A stretch of DNA of 63,511 nucleotides, filler included, from Octopus bimaculoides (lineage: Eukaryota): the NCBI RefSeq assembly GCF_001194135.2. It is 8 parts of 8 records of this genome, joined end to end, with 100 filler letters (N's around TTAATTAATTAA, not from the genome) between each part and the next. Parts side by side here need not be neighbours in the genome. Positions count along the whole stretch, not along the records: positions 19,777 to 33,287 come from NC_068997.1; positions 33,388 to 44,357 come from NC_069001.1; 6 more parts are not named here. One strand, 5' to 3'. The notes beneath the pieces are model-generated. The model was not told where the DNA came from, searched no databases, and worked only from the letters and a program-made list of their open reading frames with translations. Below, in pieces: positions 26,797-38,998 of this stretch. A program made the translations under genes and the position numbers. The number at the start of each line of letters is the position of its first letter. Within the stretch, counting starts at the first letter, position 1.

Positions 26797-27355
26797 AAGA
26801 ATTCTTAACACTGACGTCAGTTTCTGTAATTTCTGTTACCTCATCAGTTAAGATCGCTCGATCGGCACTTTTCAGACACTAATGGTCCCTCCTGCTAGTG
26901 TATATGTTTTCATTCATGTGCGTTAGCTACAGCATTAAAGCGGTTCAGCTCTTATTTCTAGCAATGTAGGTGTTTCCTAACACCCTAGTCACATCTAGTG
27001 ACAATAATAGTTGTTCTTTTTTGGTGAAACACTGCAAACGGCTGTTTATATTAATGTTGTATATACACAGCGATTCACTAAACCATCCAATAATTTGGAT
27101 GTCGAAAACATAAACACTAATGGTGAAGCGAGTCGTAAAGAGCCGAGCAATCGATCGATCTTAACTGGTGAGGCAACAGAACTTGCCGAAACTGACGTCA
27201 GTATTAAGAATCTTCGATCGCCACTTTTCGGACGACTCTGATCCCTGTTTATGTATATGTTTTCATTCATGCGCATTAACTACAGCACTAGAGTTGTTTA
27301 GCTCTTATTTCTCGCAATGTAATTGTTCCCTAACACCCTAGTCACATTTAGTGAC
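26797..27355. repeat. Modular repeat A-B-C-A(inverted)-B', MITE/Helentron-like
   Basis: About 26797-26865 is inverted at about 27143-27212; about 26860-27003 is directly repeated at about 27214-27355. Both B copies end in a GTCAC-N5-GTGAC hairpin. Confidence 0.7.
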
Positions 27356-27365
27356 GCACACACAA

Positions 27366-27400
<35 letters not shown>

Positions 27401-27750
27401 CACACATATATCTATATATATATATATATATATGTGTGTATGCGTGTGTGTGTTTGTGTGTGTACACGAGGATAATATAACTCAAGGCTGGTGGATATAT
27501 CAGGATTCGACATTAAATCACAATATTTGTTTCTGTATTGCTCATCACCTTTAAATTGCTGAATTTATATTCATACACTATTATAGAAAATTATTCTTTA
27601 TAGTTACTATATAGTTGAATATTTTTCAGCAATTGCCGTGTGTGGGCCCTTCATCAGGTGGAATTTAAATCGGGTATGTATGTTCTTTGTCGCAGAGGCA
27701 CACAAGCCTGCCAGCACAAGTACATACATACATATATATTTAAATACATA

Positions 27751-28530
27751 GGATGTCTTTTTCAGTACTTTGTGTCCACGCACCAAGGTATTTGAATTTT
27801 TCAGCTGCCTTGGGCGACTTACAGTCTCTCATTTTCACTGACATAGACATTTCGTGTTTGAATACTTGCAGCTCTGTTTCCTTTGTGTTACCGTATAATC
27901 CTACCTCCCCCGATTCCTGCTCTAATCTGCTCGGCAACTTCTGTGCCTGATCTGTCCTCTCTGTTAGTAATGCCAAGTCATCAGCATAGTCTAGGTCAGT
28001 TACTGTTACTGCTCAATGTCGTCTACTTCCTTGCCTATGCAGTTTGAATCCCAGTTCTTCTAACTTGCCCTCGTACATTCTACGCATTACATAGTCCAGA
28101 ACGATGGCGAAAAGATAAGGTGCTAGCGTGTCGCCTTGTAATACTCCGGCTTTGACTTCAAAGTATTCCGTCTCTCCATCACGAGTGATCACTTTCACTC
28201 TGGTGTTCTCATACAACTTACTTATTGCTCTCAGAATTCTTGGTGGAATATCATATGCTTTAAATATCTTCATCATTATTCCTCTATGTACTGAATCAAA
28301 AGCCCTTTTAAAATCTACGTAGATAATGATAGCCTTCCTGTTATGGCTCTTAAATCCCTCTACCAGTCTTCGAAGTGCGACAATGTGAGATGTTGTTGAC
28401 CATCTTGATCTGAATCCATTTTGGTTTGGTCGCAATTGTTTGTCTATCTTAGGTTGTATTCGGTTAAGTATCATCTTGTTGACCGTTTTTGCAACAATGG
28501 ATGACGGACTAATCCCAATGTAATTCCCAG
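27751..28530 (-). mobile_element. RTE/RTEX-clade LINE RT core (inverted 5' segment)
   Basis: GNYIGIS...PNQNGFR...YVDFKRAFDSVHRG...GVLQGDTLAPYLF...DLDYADDLALL...FKYLGAWTQSTEKDI. Confidence 0.93.
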
Positions 28531-28931
28531 TTAGCAAGGAAATTGAAAGTGAGGTTGTTTCTGGCAACAGTGGAGTCTGTTCTTCTATACGGGGCTGAAA
28601 CATGGATGTTTACTAAAGCATTGAAAAAGCAGTTGAACGGTTGTTATACGAGGATGCTTTGAATGGTACTCAATGTCTCGACTTATACCAGGGACTACCA
28701 AAAGTAACATTAAAGCTACAGCATAGAAGGATGAGGTTAGCTGGACACTGCATCAGACATACTGATGAAATTGCTAACAAGCTAGTGGTCTGGGAACCAA
28801 CGGAAGGAAGAACCAGGAGAGCAAGGACGAAGATGACCTACATCGACAACTTGCTGGAGAATACTGGTATGGAAGAGGTGCAGAAAATGAGGACCATTAT
28901 GGAAGATCGAGATGAATGGGGAAAACGTGTT
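28531..28931 (+). mobile_element. Same RTE-clade LINE, 3' segment in forward orientation
   Basis: LARKLKVRLFLATVESVLLYGAETW...GCYTRML, then LYQGLPKV...RRMRLAGHCIRH...WEPTEGRTRRAR...MEDRDEW. Confidence 0.9.
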
Positions 28932-28932
28932 A

Positions 28933-29094
28933 TTTCTTTACTACCCACAAGGGGCTACACACAGAGGGGACAAACAAGGACAGACAAACGGATTAAGTCG
29001 ATTATATCGACCCCAGTACGCAACTGGTACTTAATTTATCGACCCCGAAAGGATGAAAGGCAAAGTCGACCTCGGCGGAATTTGAACTCAGAAC
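28933..29094 (-). mobile_element. Nin/Inv-like SINE
   Basis: Reverse complement of the 34920-35085 sequence; runs into a gap. Confidence 0.88.
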
Positions 29095-29787
29095 NNNNNN
29101 NNNNNNNNNNNNNNNNNNNNNNNNNNNNNNNNNNNNNNNNNNNNNNNNNNNNNNNNNNNNNNNNNNNNNNNNNNNNNNNNNNNNNNNNNNNNNNNNNNNN
29201 NNNNNNNNNNNNNNNNNNNNNNNNNNNNNNNNNNNNNNNNNNNNNNNNNNNNNNNNNNNNNNNNNNNNNNNNNNNNNNNNNNNNNNNNNNNNNNNNNNNN
29301 NNNNNNNNNNNNNNNNNNNNNNNNNNNNNNNNNNNNNNNNNNNNNNNNNNNNNNNNNNNNNNNNNNNNNNNNNNNNNNNNNNNNNNNNNNNNNNNNNNNN
29401 NNNNNNNNNNNNNNNNNNNNNNNNNNNNNNNNNNNNNNNNNNNNNNNNNNNNNNNNNNNNNNNNNNNNNNNNNNNNNNNNNNNNNNNNNNNNNNNNNNNN
29501 NNNNNNNNNNNNNNNNNNNNNNNNNNNNNNNNNNNNNNNNNNNNNNNNNNNNNNNNNNNNNNNNNNNNNNNNNNNNNNNNNNNNNNNNNNNNNNNNNNNN
29601 NNNNNNNNNNNNNNATATATATATATATACACATATATACATACATACATATATATATGTGTGCGTGTGTTTATGTTTTTCATATGGTCATATGGATAAA
29701 AATAGCTGACAGTAATTTTTAAATGCATACCTAATACCTCTTTATATGTAGAGCAAAATCTGTTTGTATACAAATGTTCTGTAATTA

Positions 29788-30010
29788 GATGCCGGACCTA
29801 GCGATAAAGGTGTCTAATTCACGATCGTGAGATTGTGATTTCAACTCCTAGACCTCATGGTTGATTGTGCTCTTGAGCAAAACACTTCATCTCACGTTGC
29901 TCTGCGATCGCTTCGACACCTGACATGTAGTACACGGTGCACCTCTTCAGTCAACGTCCATTTGATGGAGGGAGTCAGCTAATGTACAGCACATACATTT
30001 GATCTCTAGA
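29788..30010 (+). mobile_element. Degenerate tRNA-derived SINE (another family)
   Basis: tRNA-like head, then ttgtgctcttgagcaaaacacttcatctcacgttgctc (CORE-like). Confidence 0.55.
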
Positions 30011-30086
30011 AGCAAATCATTTGCGCAGCTCGGTCGTCAAAAGCTAAACACTCATGCGTCATCTTCGACGGCAGAGTCCATTACCA

Positions 30087-30131
<45 letters not shown>

Positions 30132-31932
30132 NNNNNNNNNNNNNNNNNNNNNNNNNNNNNNNNNNNNNNNNNNNNNNNNNNNNNNNNNNNNNNNNNNNNN
30201 NNNNNNNNNNNNNNNNNNNNNNNNNNNNNNNNNNNNNNNNNNNNNNNNNNNNNNNNNNNNNNNNNNNNNNNNNNNNNNNNNNNNNNNNNNNNNNNNNNNN
30301 NNNNNNNNNNNNNNNNNNNNNNNNNNNNNNNNNNNNNNNNNNNNNNNNNNNNNNNNNNNNNNNNNNNNNNNNNNNNNNNNNNNNNNNNNNNNNNNNNNNN
30401 NNNNNNNNNNNNNNNNNNNNNNNNNNNNNNNNNNNNNNNNNNNNNNNNNNNNNNNNNNNNNNNNNNNNNNNNNNNNNNNNNNNNNNNNNNNNNNNNNNNN
30501 NNNNNNNNNNNNNNNNNNNNNNNNNNNNNNNNNNNNNNNNNNNNNNNNNNNNNNNNNNNNNNNNNNNNNNNNNNNNNNNNNNNNNNNNNNNNNNNNNNNN
30601 NNNNNNNNNNNNNNNNNNNNNNNNNNNNNNNNNNNNNNNNNNNNNNNNNNNNNNNNNNNNNNNNNNNNNNNNNNNNNNNNNNNNNNNNNNNNNNNNNNNN
30701 NNNNNNNNNNNNNNNNNNNNNNNNNNNNNNNNNNNNNNNNNNNNNNNNNNNNNNNNNNNNNNNNNNNNNNNNNNNNNNNNNNNNNNNNNNNNNNNNNNNN
30801 NNNNNNNNNNNNNNNNNNNNNNNNNNNNNNNNNNNNNNNNNNNNNNNNNNNNNNNNNNNNNNNNNNNNNNNNNNNNNNNNNNNNNNNNNNNNNNNNNNNN
30901 NNNNNNNNNNNNNNNNNNNNNNNNNNNNNNNNNNNNNNNNNNNNNNNNNNNNNNNNNNNNNNNNNNNNNNNNNNNNNNNNNNNNNNNNNNNNNNNNNNNN
31001 NNNNNNNNNNNNNNNNNNNNNNNNNNNNNNNNNNNNNNNNNNNNNNNNNNNNNNNNNNNNNNNNNNNNNNNNNTATATATATATATATACATATATACAC
31101 AATATATCTGTATATTGTAGTGAGGTGTAAAATCGCTCATATGTGTATATGTTTATGTATGTTTTTATATTTTTATGTATATATAATTATATATACATAC
31201 ATAAATATGTACTTTTATACACACACACACACACACACACACATACGTACGTACACACGGCAGTGAGGTGTCTTTAAGAGGCCCGAGAGATATAAAATGG
31301 CCTAATTTAAGCTGTTCCTTATGTGTTTTAATAACCAGTGCTAAATGCTTCTAATTATGTATAGTTTACAGTTATGTATAGAATATATCGTGTTCTTATA
31401 AGTAACAGATCACAATAAAATATAGCTGAGCCTATTGAAAAAGTGTCTATTTTTCTAATATATATACGTGTGCGTGTGTGTGTGTATGTATGTATGTATG
31501 TATGTATGTATGTATGTATGTATGTATGTATGTATGTATGTATGTATGTAGAGAGAAGGTTGAAAGAGAGAACTGATCAACTTTGCCGTCACTCGCAATG
31601 CTATAGTATTTCTCTTCTAACCACATCTTGTAAAAATGTATTATACGTTGGACATTATAATCGGTTATGTACAAAAAGATACACTGAATAATTGCCGCAT
31701 ACGATAGCCCAACAGTACCCCTGATAAATACAAACACACGCGAGCGCACAGATATACACGCAATTTTACAATTACACACATGTATAATTGTATATGTATG
31801 ATGATGTTTGTCTCTTAACTGAGCAGTTCCAGCAATATCGTTGCCGTAATTACAGGACTAAAATGTAGAAAAGAGAGGTATAAATGTGTATATGTGTGTG
31901 TGTGTATAATTTATATATATATNNNNNNNNNN

Positions 31933-31985
<53 letters not shown>

Positions 31986-32090
31986 CAGTGAGATAGAGAG
32001 AGAAAGAGAGAAAGACAGACAGAGACAAAGAGACAATGATGCAAATAAAGGAATGTACGCGCTTTGCCTGGATGTATAAAATATTATATA

Positions 32091-32299
32091 CACAATATAT
32101 GTATTTTGTGCTAGTATTAGTTCAATGCCAAAATGTCTTTAACATGTCTGGTGTCCTAGCACAATCATCAGACCCTGCTCGCATGCCATAACGAACTAAA
32201 AGAAAAAGATTGTGTTAAGATATCAGACATGCTATAAACACTCTTTATGATGCTCTCAGCACATGAAACTAATAGTAACACATAAATACATATATTGTG
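32091..32299. mobile_element. Degenerate foldback/MITE-like palindrome
   Basis: cacaatatatgtattttgtgctagtattagtt pairs with aactaatagtaacacataaatacatatattgtg; inner atgtctggtgtcctagcacaatc pairs with gattgtgttaagatatcagacat. Confidence 0.65.
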
Positions 32300-32623
32300 C
32301 TTATATATATATCTGTAAATAATATGTGACAATTATTCGGTAACCATGATAAAACTCCGAGTTTCGGATGCCGGGCTGGAAAACCACGCTGCCATCTCTT
32401 CAGTTATCTGGCCATCGAAGAATGCTGTGAAAATGACCGTTAAACAAAGAGAAATTACTGCGTTATTGACCGTTATTAAGACAAAAGAGCTATTAGAATG
32501 ACCGCCAAGTGAGGGGAGGGAGTAAAGGTAAAGGAGTAAAAATGTCCATAGTATTCGCGTAAGTGCACCGGTCCATACATACACTTCCTCTGGTTACATA
32601 ATTATTTACATAATATTCAGGGA

Positions 32624-33287
32624 AAAATTCATCACTTATTCTCTAAAATATATTTATTTATATAAGGGCATTACTATACATGGATGCCTCACGCTAAGAG
32701 GGACTCTCTAAGGTCAAACTACCATAATAAACACATTTTTACCGAACGCGAGGAAATGCAACTCTCAAAGCTAGACCCCTAAAAACAGACTAAACTATAA
32801 ATCGTGATTTCGTAATTATTGCAGTAATATGCATCTTTTACTCATCAGTATAGTATGGTCAAGCCACATAAAAATAAACAAAAAAATCAACATACCAAAC
32901 GAACACCTCATGTATTCAGCATAGTACATAGAAGATTGTTTATCCCTATATATCTATGTAAGAGACGGGATTTTTCGAATTGCATCTCGGTACATGTGTT
33001 TTTTTTTTCAGAATAAAATTCAGCACTGAATATATTCTGGTTATATATTTAATTCAATAATAGGATAAAGTCTTTTATAAGAATTTATCAAGTAGCTAGC
33101 GTTAAAAAACTTCATAATGGAAAAATCCATCATTTATTCCCTAAAATATATTTATATAAGGGCATTACTATACATGAATGCCTCACGCTTAGAGGGACTC
33201 TAAGGTCAAACTACCATAATAAACACATTTTTACCGAGAGTTGCATTTTCTCGCGTTCGGCAAAATATGTTTATATCGACCTCAAAA
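32624..33287. repeat. About 118-bp direct repeat with an inverted sub-segment
   Basis: 32624-32742 resembles 33121-33237; the second copy is followed by gagttgcattttctcgcgttcggcaaaatatgtttat, the reverse complement of about 32727-32765. Confidence 0.75.
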
Positions 33288-33387
33288 NNNNNNNNNNNNN
33301 NNNNNNNNNNNNNNNNNNNNNNNNNNNNNNNTTAATTAATTAANNNNNNNNNNNNNNNNNNNNNNNNNNNNNNNNNNNNNNNNNNNN

Positions 33388-33701
33388 CGATTCCCAGACC
33401 GGGCGTTGTGAGTGTTTATTGAGCGAAAAACACCCAAAGCTCCACGAGGCTCCTGCAGGTGATGGTGGCGAACCCTGCTGTACTCTTTCACCACAACTTT
33501 CTCTCACTCTTTCTTCCTGTTTCTGTTGTGCCTGTAATTCAAAGGCTCAGCCTTGTCACACTGTGTCACGCTGAATATCCCCGAGAACTACGTTAAGGGT
33601 ACACGTGTCTGTACACGTTAATTTCACGAGCAGGCTGTTCCGTTGATCGGATCAACTGGAACCCTTGACGTCGTAAGCGACGGAGTGCCAAACAACAACA
33701 A
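33388..33701 (+). mobile_element. tRNA-derived SINE (third family), 5' end lost in gap
   Basis: Matches 44100-44357; ends gacgtcgtaagcgacggagtgcc plus (AAC)n. Confidence 0.88.
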
Positions 33702-34863
33702 TTATGATACGTCCTCTAGAGGCGGAGATAATTTTAATAAACGAAGAACTTATGTTGTGTGGTATTTGGTAGACCTGTATTGGTCTATATTATTCAAATA
33801 CATGTCACCGGTCATTTTGACAAATTTCTCTTAGCTCGTCTTTCGTTTAAATTATGCAAAGTTGCTAAGTCATGTGTTCCACACATTTATACAGAGCTGG
33901 GTCCCTAGACCCGAGAAACCCCAGGCAACTGATCGGTGTGCCCAAGCCTTAAGACGACACTGTGTGACAAGGTTCGTTAAAAGTTATGATATGGTGATAC
34001 CACGGGTCTTTAAAAGGGCATTTCTTGCATCCGCGCATTGATAGATTTCGCCGTTAAAAACTTAAGCGACATCAGTGAGAAAGACTGCACCAAGATATTG
34101 CAAAAACGAAGAGAAGGTACCAAGGCCACATGAGAAACTATACCTTCTTTTCTTTTACTTATTTCAGTTATTAGACTTTGGTCAAGCTGGAGCACCATTT
34201 TCAAGGTTTTAATCGAACAAATTGACCCCAGTACTTATTTTTAAAGTTTGGTGCTTATTTTATCGCTCACTTTTGCTGAACCGCTAACACAGCCCGTCCA
34301 TAAGAATTGTTATCTCGGTTCAAATACCGCAGTAACTGGCCTATCAACGGTGTATATGTATATATANNNNNNNNNNNNNNNNNNNNNNNNNNNNNNNNNN
34401 NNNNNNNNNNNNNNNNNNNNNNNNNNNNNNNNNNNNNNNNNNNNNNNNNNNNNNNNNNNNNNNNNNNNNNNNNNNNNNNNNNNNNNNNNNNNNNNNNNNN
34501 NNNNNNNNNTATATATATATATATATATATGCATTAAATATGATATAAAGATGGCTATTTTACTTTAATACTTCGTCACTTCTGTATTGACCGCATAAGA
34601 ATTCGGAAACTTACGAGAACGTGAAATCATTCTTTGCAGGATCAGTGAATCTCGAAGCAAATAAAACCTTATGGAAAGAAAAAGTCGAAGGTAGAATGTT
34701 TGTCATCCTTACAGTTGTGGGTTCGAGTCCTATGGCAGCTCCGACATTTACTATCTAAAGGGGTTTTTAAAACAATATATATATACACTACCATTTATAG
34801 CTTTATTTCGTTCGAGATTCACTTTTCTAAACCGATATTATTATTATTATTATTATTATTATT

Positions 34864-35090
34864 GAGTTGGCAGAAACGTTAGCACGCCGGGCGAAATGCT
34901 TAGCGGTATTTCGTCTGCCGTTACGTTCTGAGTTCAAATTCCGCCGAGGTCGACTTTGCCTTTCATCCTTTCGGGGTCGATTGAATAAGTACCAGTTACG
35001 AATTGGGGTCGATGTAATCGACTTAATCCGTTTGTCTGTCCTTGTTTGTCCCCTCTGTGTTTAGCCCCTTGTGGGCAATAAAGAAATAAT
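34864..35090 (+). mobile_element. Nin/Inv-like SINE, near complete and CpG-intact
   Basis: ttggcagaaacgttagcacgccgggcgaaatgc...gccgaggtcgactttgcctttcatcctttcggggtcga...; flanked by (TTA)n and (AAT)n. Confidence 0.9.
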
Positions 35091-35331
35091 AATAATAATT
35101 ATTATCATTATTATATTTGTTGTTGTTGTTGTTGTTGTGATGGGAAAATGCTTCAGGGAAGCGTCCAGCATTTCTCTGTTTCTCTCACACATCTTGTCTC
35201 GCACCTACAGGGCCATTACGTATCCCTTATCCAGATTTCCGTGGGGTTTAAAACTCCCCAGTCCCTGAAAATGAATACCAGTCGCTGGTCCTTTATTATT
35301 ATTATTATTATTTTAATATTGTTATTATTTA

Positions 35332-35460
35332 ACTGGGAATACTGAAGTAATATCAAATGAAGTACTTTGCTGAAGGACACAAGCGTGCCACCCACTCCGA
35401 GACTTGAACCCGCGACTTGCTGATCGTAAGCCGGACACTTAAACCACTACACCATGCACC
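35332..35460 (-). mobile_element. tRNA-derived SINE head plus CORE-like segment
   Basis: Minus strand ggtgcatggtgtagtggtttaagtgtccggc...gggttcaagtctcgg...gtgtccttcagcaaagtactt. Confidence 0.65.
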
Positions 35461-36852
35461 TTCAACGTCTTGTATATTAAAAACAAATACGGCAGGGTCT
35501 TACATGAGTAATATTAGAGTCGAAAAGAAACTACAATCAGTTGAGATTATCCACGCGATTAGCAAACAAAAACTCCATCTAGAAGACCCTAGAAGAAGGA
35601 AAAGTAAAGATTTGAAACCAGAAAAGTAAAGAAAGAAATGTGACTAAATACTACACAGCATATTTTCTCCGACGCTCCACCGATTCCGTTAATAAAGACA
35701 TTGCGTGTTGTTACTGTTAGTGCTGCTGTTTAGACCTAGGGTCGATGGCGTTCCAGCCGTGATCATCCCGCCTTCCAGAAATACATTATCGAATATAAGA
35801 TGAGAAGTTATTTGGGATCTTTTTTAAAACGGGGGCCACATTTTTCATTAACGAAACACTTTGAAACTTGGAACACTGGTAGAATGTGTCATATAAAACA
35901 TCTTTTTCTCTTAGTCTTCTTAAAAAAAAAAAGAAATCCCTAAGTTATTCCATGTGAAAGTTGTCGTATTTCTGTAATTTCAACCAATCACTGACGNNNN
36001 NNNNNNNNNNNNNNNNNNNNNNNNNNNNNNNNNNNNNNNNNNNNNNNNNNNNNNNNNNNNNNNNNNNNNNNNNNNNNNNNNNNNNNNNNNNNNNNNNNNN
36101 NNNNNNNNNNNNNNNNNNNNNNNNNNNNNNNNNNNNNNNNNNNNNNNNNNNNNNNNNNNNNNNNNNNNNNNNNNNNNNNNNNNNNNNNNNNNNNNNNNNN
36201 NNNNNNNNNNNNNNNNNNNNNNNNNNNNNNNNNNNNNNNNNNNNNNNNNNNNNNNNNNNNNNNNNNNNNNNNNNNNNNNNNNNNNNNNNNNNNNNNNNNN
36301 NNNNNNNNNNNNNNNNNNNNNNNNNNNNNNNNNNNNNNNNNNNNNNNNNNNNNNNNNNNNNNNNNNNNNNNNNNNNNNNNNNNNNNNNNNNNNNNNNNNN
36401 NNNNNNNNNNNNNNNNNNNNNNNNNNNNNNNNNNNNNNNNNNNNNNNNNNNNNNNNNNNNNNNNNNNNNNNNNNNNNNNNNNNNNNNNNNNNNNNNNNNN
36501 NNNNNNNNNNNNNNNNNNNNNNNNNNNNNNNNNNNNNNNNNNNNNNNNNNNNNNNNNNNNNNNNNNNNNNNNNNNNNNNNNNNNNNNNNNNNNNNNNNNN
36601 NNNNNNNNNNNNNNNNNNNNNNNNNNNNNNNNNNNNNNNNNNNNNNNNNGTGACGAAGGGAAGAGGCAGGTGATGCAGAAATAAATATAGCCCATATAAA
36701 TACAAGTAGTAGCAGTAGTAATAGTAGTAGTAGTATAAAAAGATAGGCAGACAAACCGATCAATCGATGAGCAGACGAAGGAGAGAGAGAGACAGATAGA
36801 TAGATAGACGAGAGATAGAGAGAGGTAGACAAGTATAATAATCTTAAGAAAC

Positions 36853-36917
<65 letters not shown>

Positions 36918-36942
36918 TAGATAGATAGATAGACAGACAGGC

Positions 36943-36983
<41 letters not shown>

Positions 36984-37810
36984 GGCAGGCAGACAGACAG
37001 ACAGACAGACAGGCAGNNNNNNNNNNNNNNNNNNNNNNNNNNNNNNNNNNNNNNNNNNNNNNNNNNNNNNNNNNNNNNNNNNNNNNNNNNNNNNNNNNNN
37101 NNNNNNNNNNNNNNNNNNNNNNNNNNNNNNNNNNNNNNNNNNNNNNNNNNNNNNNNNNNNNNNNNNNNNNNNNNNNNNNNNNNNNNNNNNNNNNNNNNNN
37201 NNNNNNNNNNNNNNNNNNNNNNNNNNNNNNNNNNNNNNNNNNNNNNNNNNNNNNNNNNNNNNNNNNNNNNNNNNNNNNNNNNNNNNNNNNNNNNNNNNNN
37301 NNNNNNNNNNNNNNNNNNNNNNNNNNNNNNNNNNNNNNNNNNNNNNNNNNNNNNNNNNNNNNNNNNNNNNNNNNNNNNNNNNNNNNNNNNNNNNNNNNNN
37401 NNNNNNNNNNNNNNNNNNNNNNNNNNNNNNNNNNNNNNNNNNNNNNNNNNNNNNNNNNNNNNNNNNNNNNNNNNNNNNNNNNNNNNNNNNNNNNNNNNNN
37501 NNNNNNNNNNNNNNNNNNNNNNNNNNNNNNNNNNNNNNNNNNNNNNNNNNNNNNNNNNNNNNNNNNNNNNNNNNNNNNNNNNNNNNNNNNNNNNNNNNNN
37601 NNNNNNNNNNNNNNNNNNNNNNNNNNNNNNNNNNNNNNNNNNNNNNNNNNNCACTGAACAAACAATAACAAAATAAATTCAAGAAGAAGAAGAAGAACAA
37701 TATGAGAAGAAGAAAATGAAAGAGAAAAAGAAAATCCCTTTCACAACAGCAAAACTCAAGAACTCGCTGAAGTCAAAGAGTCTTCGAGGCATACATATAC
37801 ACAAGGTATG

Positions 37811-37847
<37 letters not shown>

Positions 37848-37905
37848 GATGTTTTCATATATTGGCCAATCATTGCAATACTACGGCACTACATACATAC
37901 ATGTG

Positions 37906-37940
<35 letters not shown>

Positions 37941-38079
37941 GATTGCTATGATTGGCTACGATATACACACAAAAGCTGACTCAGACAATAGAGAAAGAAC
38001 GAGGGTGGGAGATGGGAAAAGTGGGAGGTGTGATATAAAGAATCTGATGAAACTAGAATTGCAAAGAAACCAAAGTACG

Positions 38080-38998
38080 ACTGAATGAAATGCAGAGAAC
38101 AATATCGTCTGCTCGGTCTACTATCACTAGCCCAAAGAATTTCGTCAACCACCACATGCGTCTCTGTAGCGTTCAGCCCTCCTACGCCACACCCTCCACT
38201 CTGCCATTTGAAGTGGAAACGCAGTACCGGCTCTCGTCAGAGAAGACTATCGACCTCCATTGCTGATGCCACCAATGTCGGTGCTGTGTAGCTCATTGTA
38301 GTCATGCCTGACGGTGGCGGAAGGTGAGGACAGGCCCTCGAGCAGGACGACGGCAACACAGGTTGTTGGCGGCCAGTCGACGTCGTACCGTGTCGTCGCT
38401 GATGGGTCGCTGTCCAGTGGAAAGGGTCTCGCTAGCTGTCACGCTGGCAGGTTTGAAGCGATCAGGGAGGTGTTGCAGGTGGATGAAGCGGTCCTGCTTG
38501 GGCGTGGTCACACAGGGGTGTCCTCTGCAAGCACGGTCTACAGTGCTGTTGGTGTTGCTGCATCGCTGTTGCAGGTGATAGACGGTACTGGCATTGACAT
38601 TATAAGCTTTTGCAACAACCAGGGCAAGCTGCCCTGCTTGCAATCAACCGATAGCTTGTTCTCTCTGCGCTACTGACTATCGGATCATACCTGATGCGTT
38701 CAAATTACGAATGCCAGGAACGCGGTTCAAGTTGGTTTTTATACCCAATAACCTCCACGAGATGCACGTGCATTTCGGTTTTCATGACAACTGTTTGCGA
38801 CTGCCACCCACAGCATTCAACGCAGCTGCATTTTGGCGTCTCGTTTCAGGGAAAGTTGAAAGGTTACCCGCAATTCGGGTCTCAGCCATAAACCATCATG
38901 TCTTGGAATATTTACACTTACATCCCCGAAATAAATTTTCAGAATTTACCATATAAAAATGACATTGGAAAAAATAGTGTATCTTTTGCGGTTCCGTG
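38080..38998 (-). mobile_element. Tc1-like transposon relic (5' TIR, HTH and first catalytic D)
   Basis: MQAGQLALVVAKAYNVNASTVYHL...VTTPKQDRFI...ISDDTVRRRL...RRPARGPVLTFRHRQA, then WRSIVFSDESRY; putative TIR CACGGAACCGCAAAAG next to TA at 38999-39000. Confidence 0.85.
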
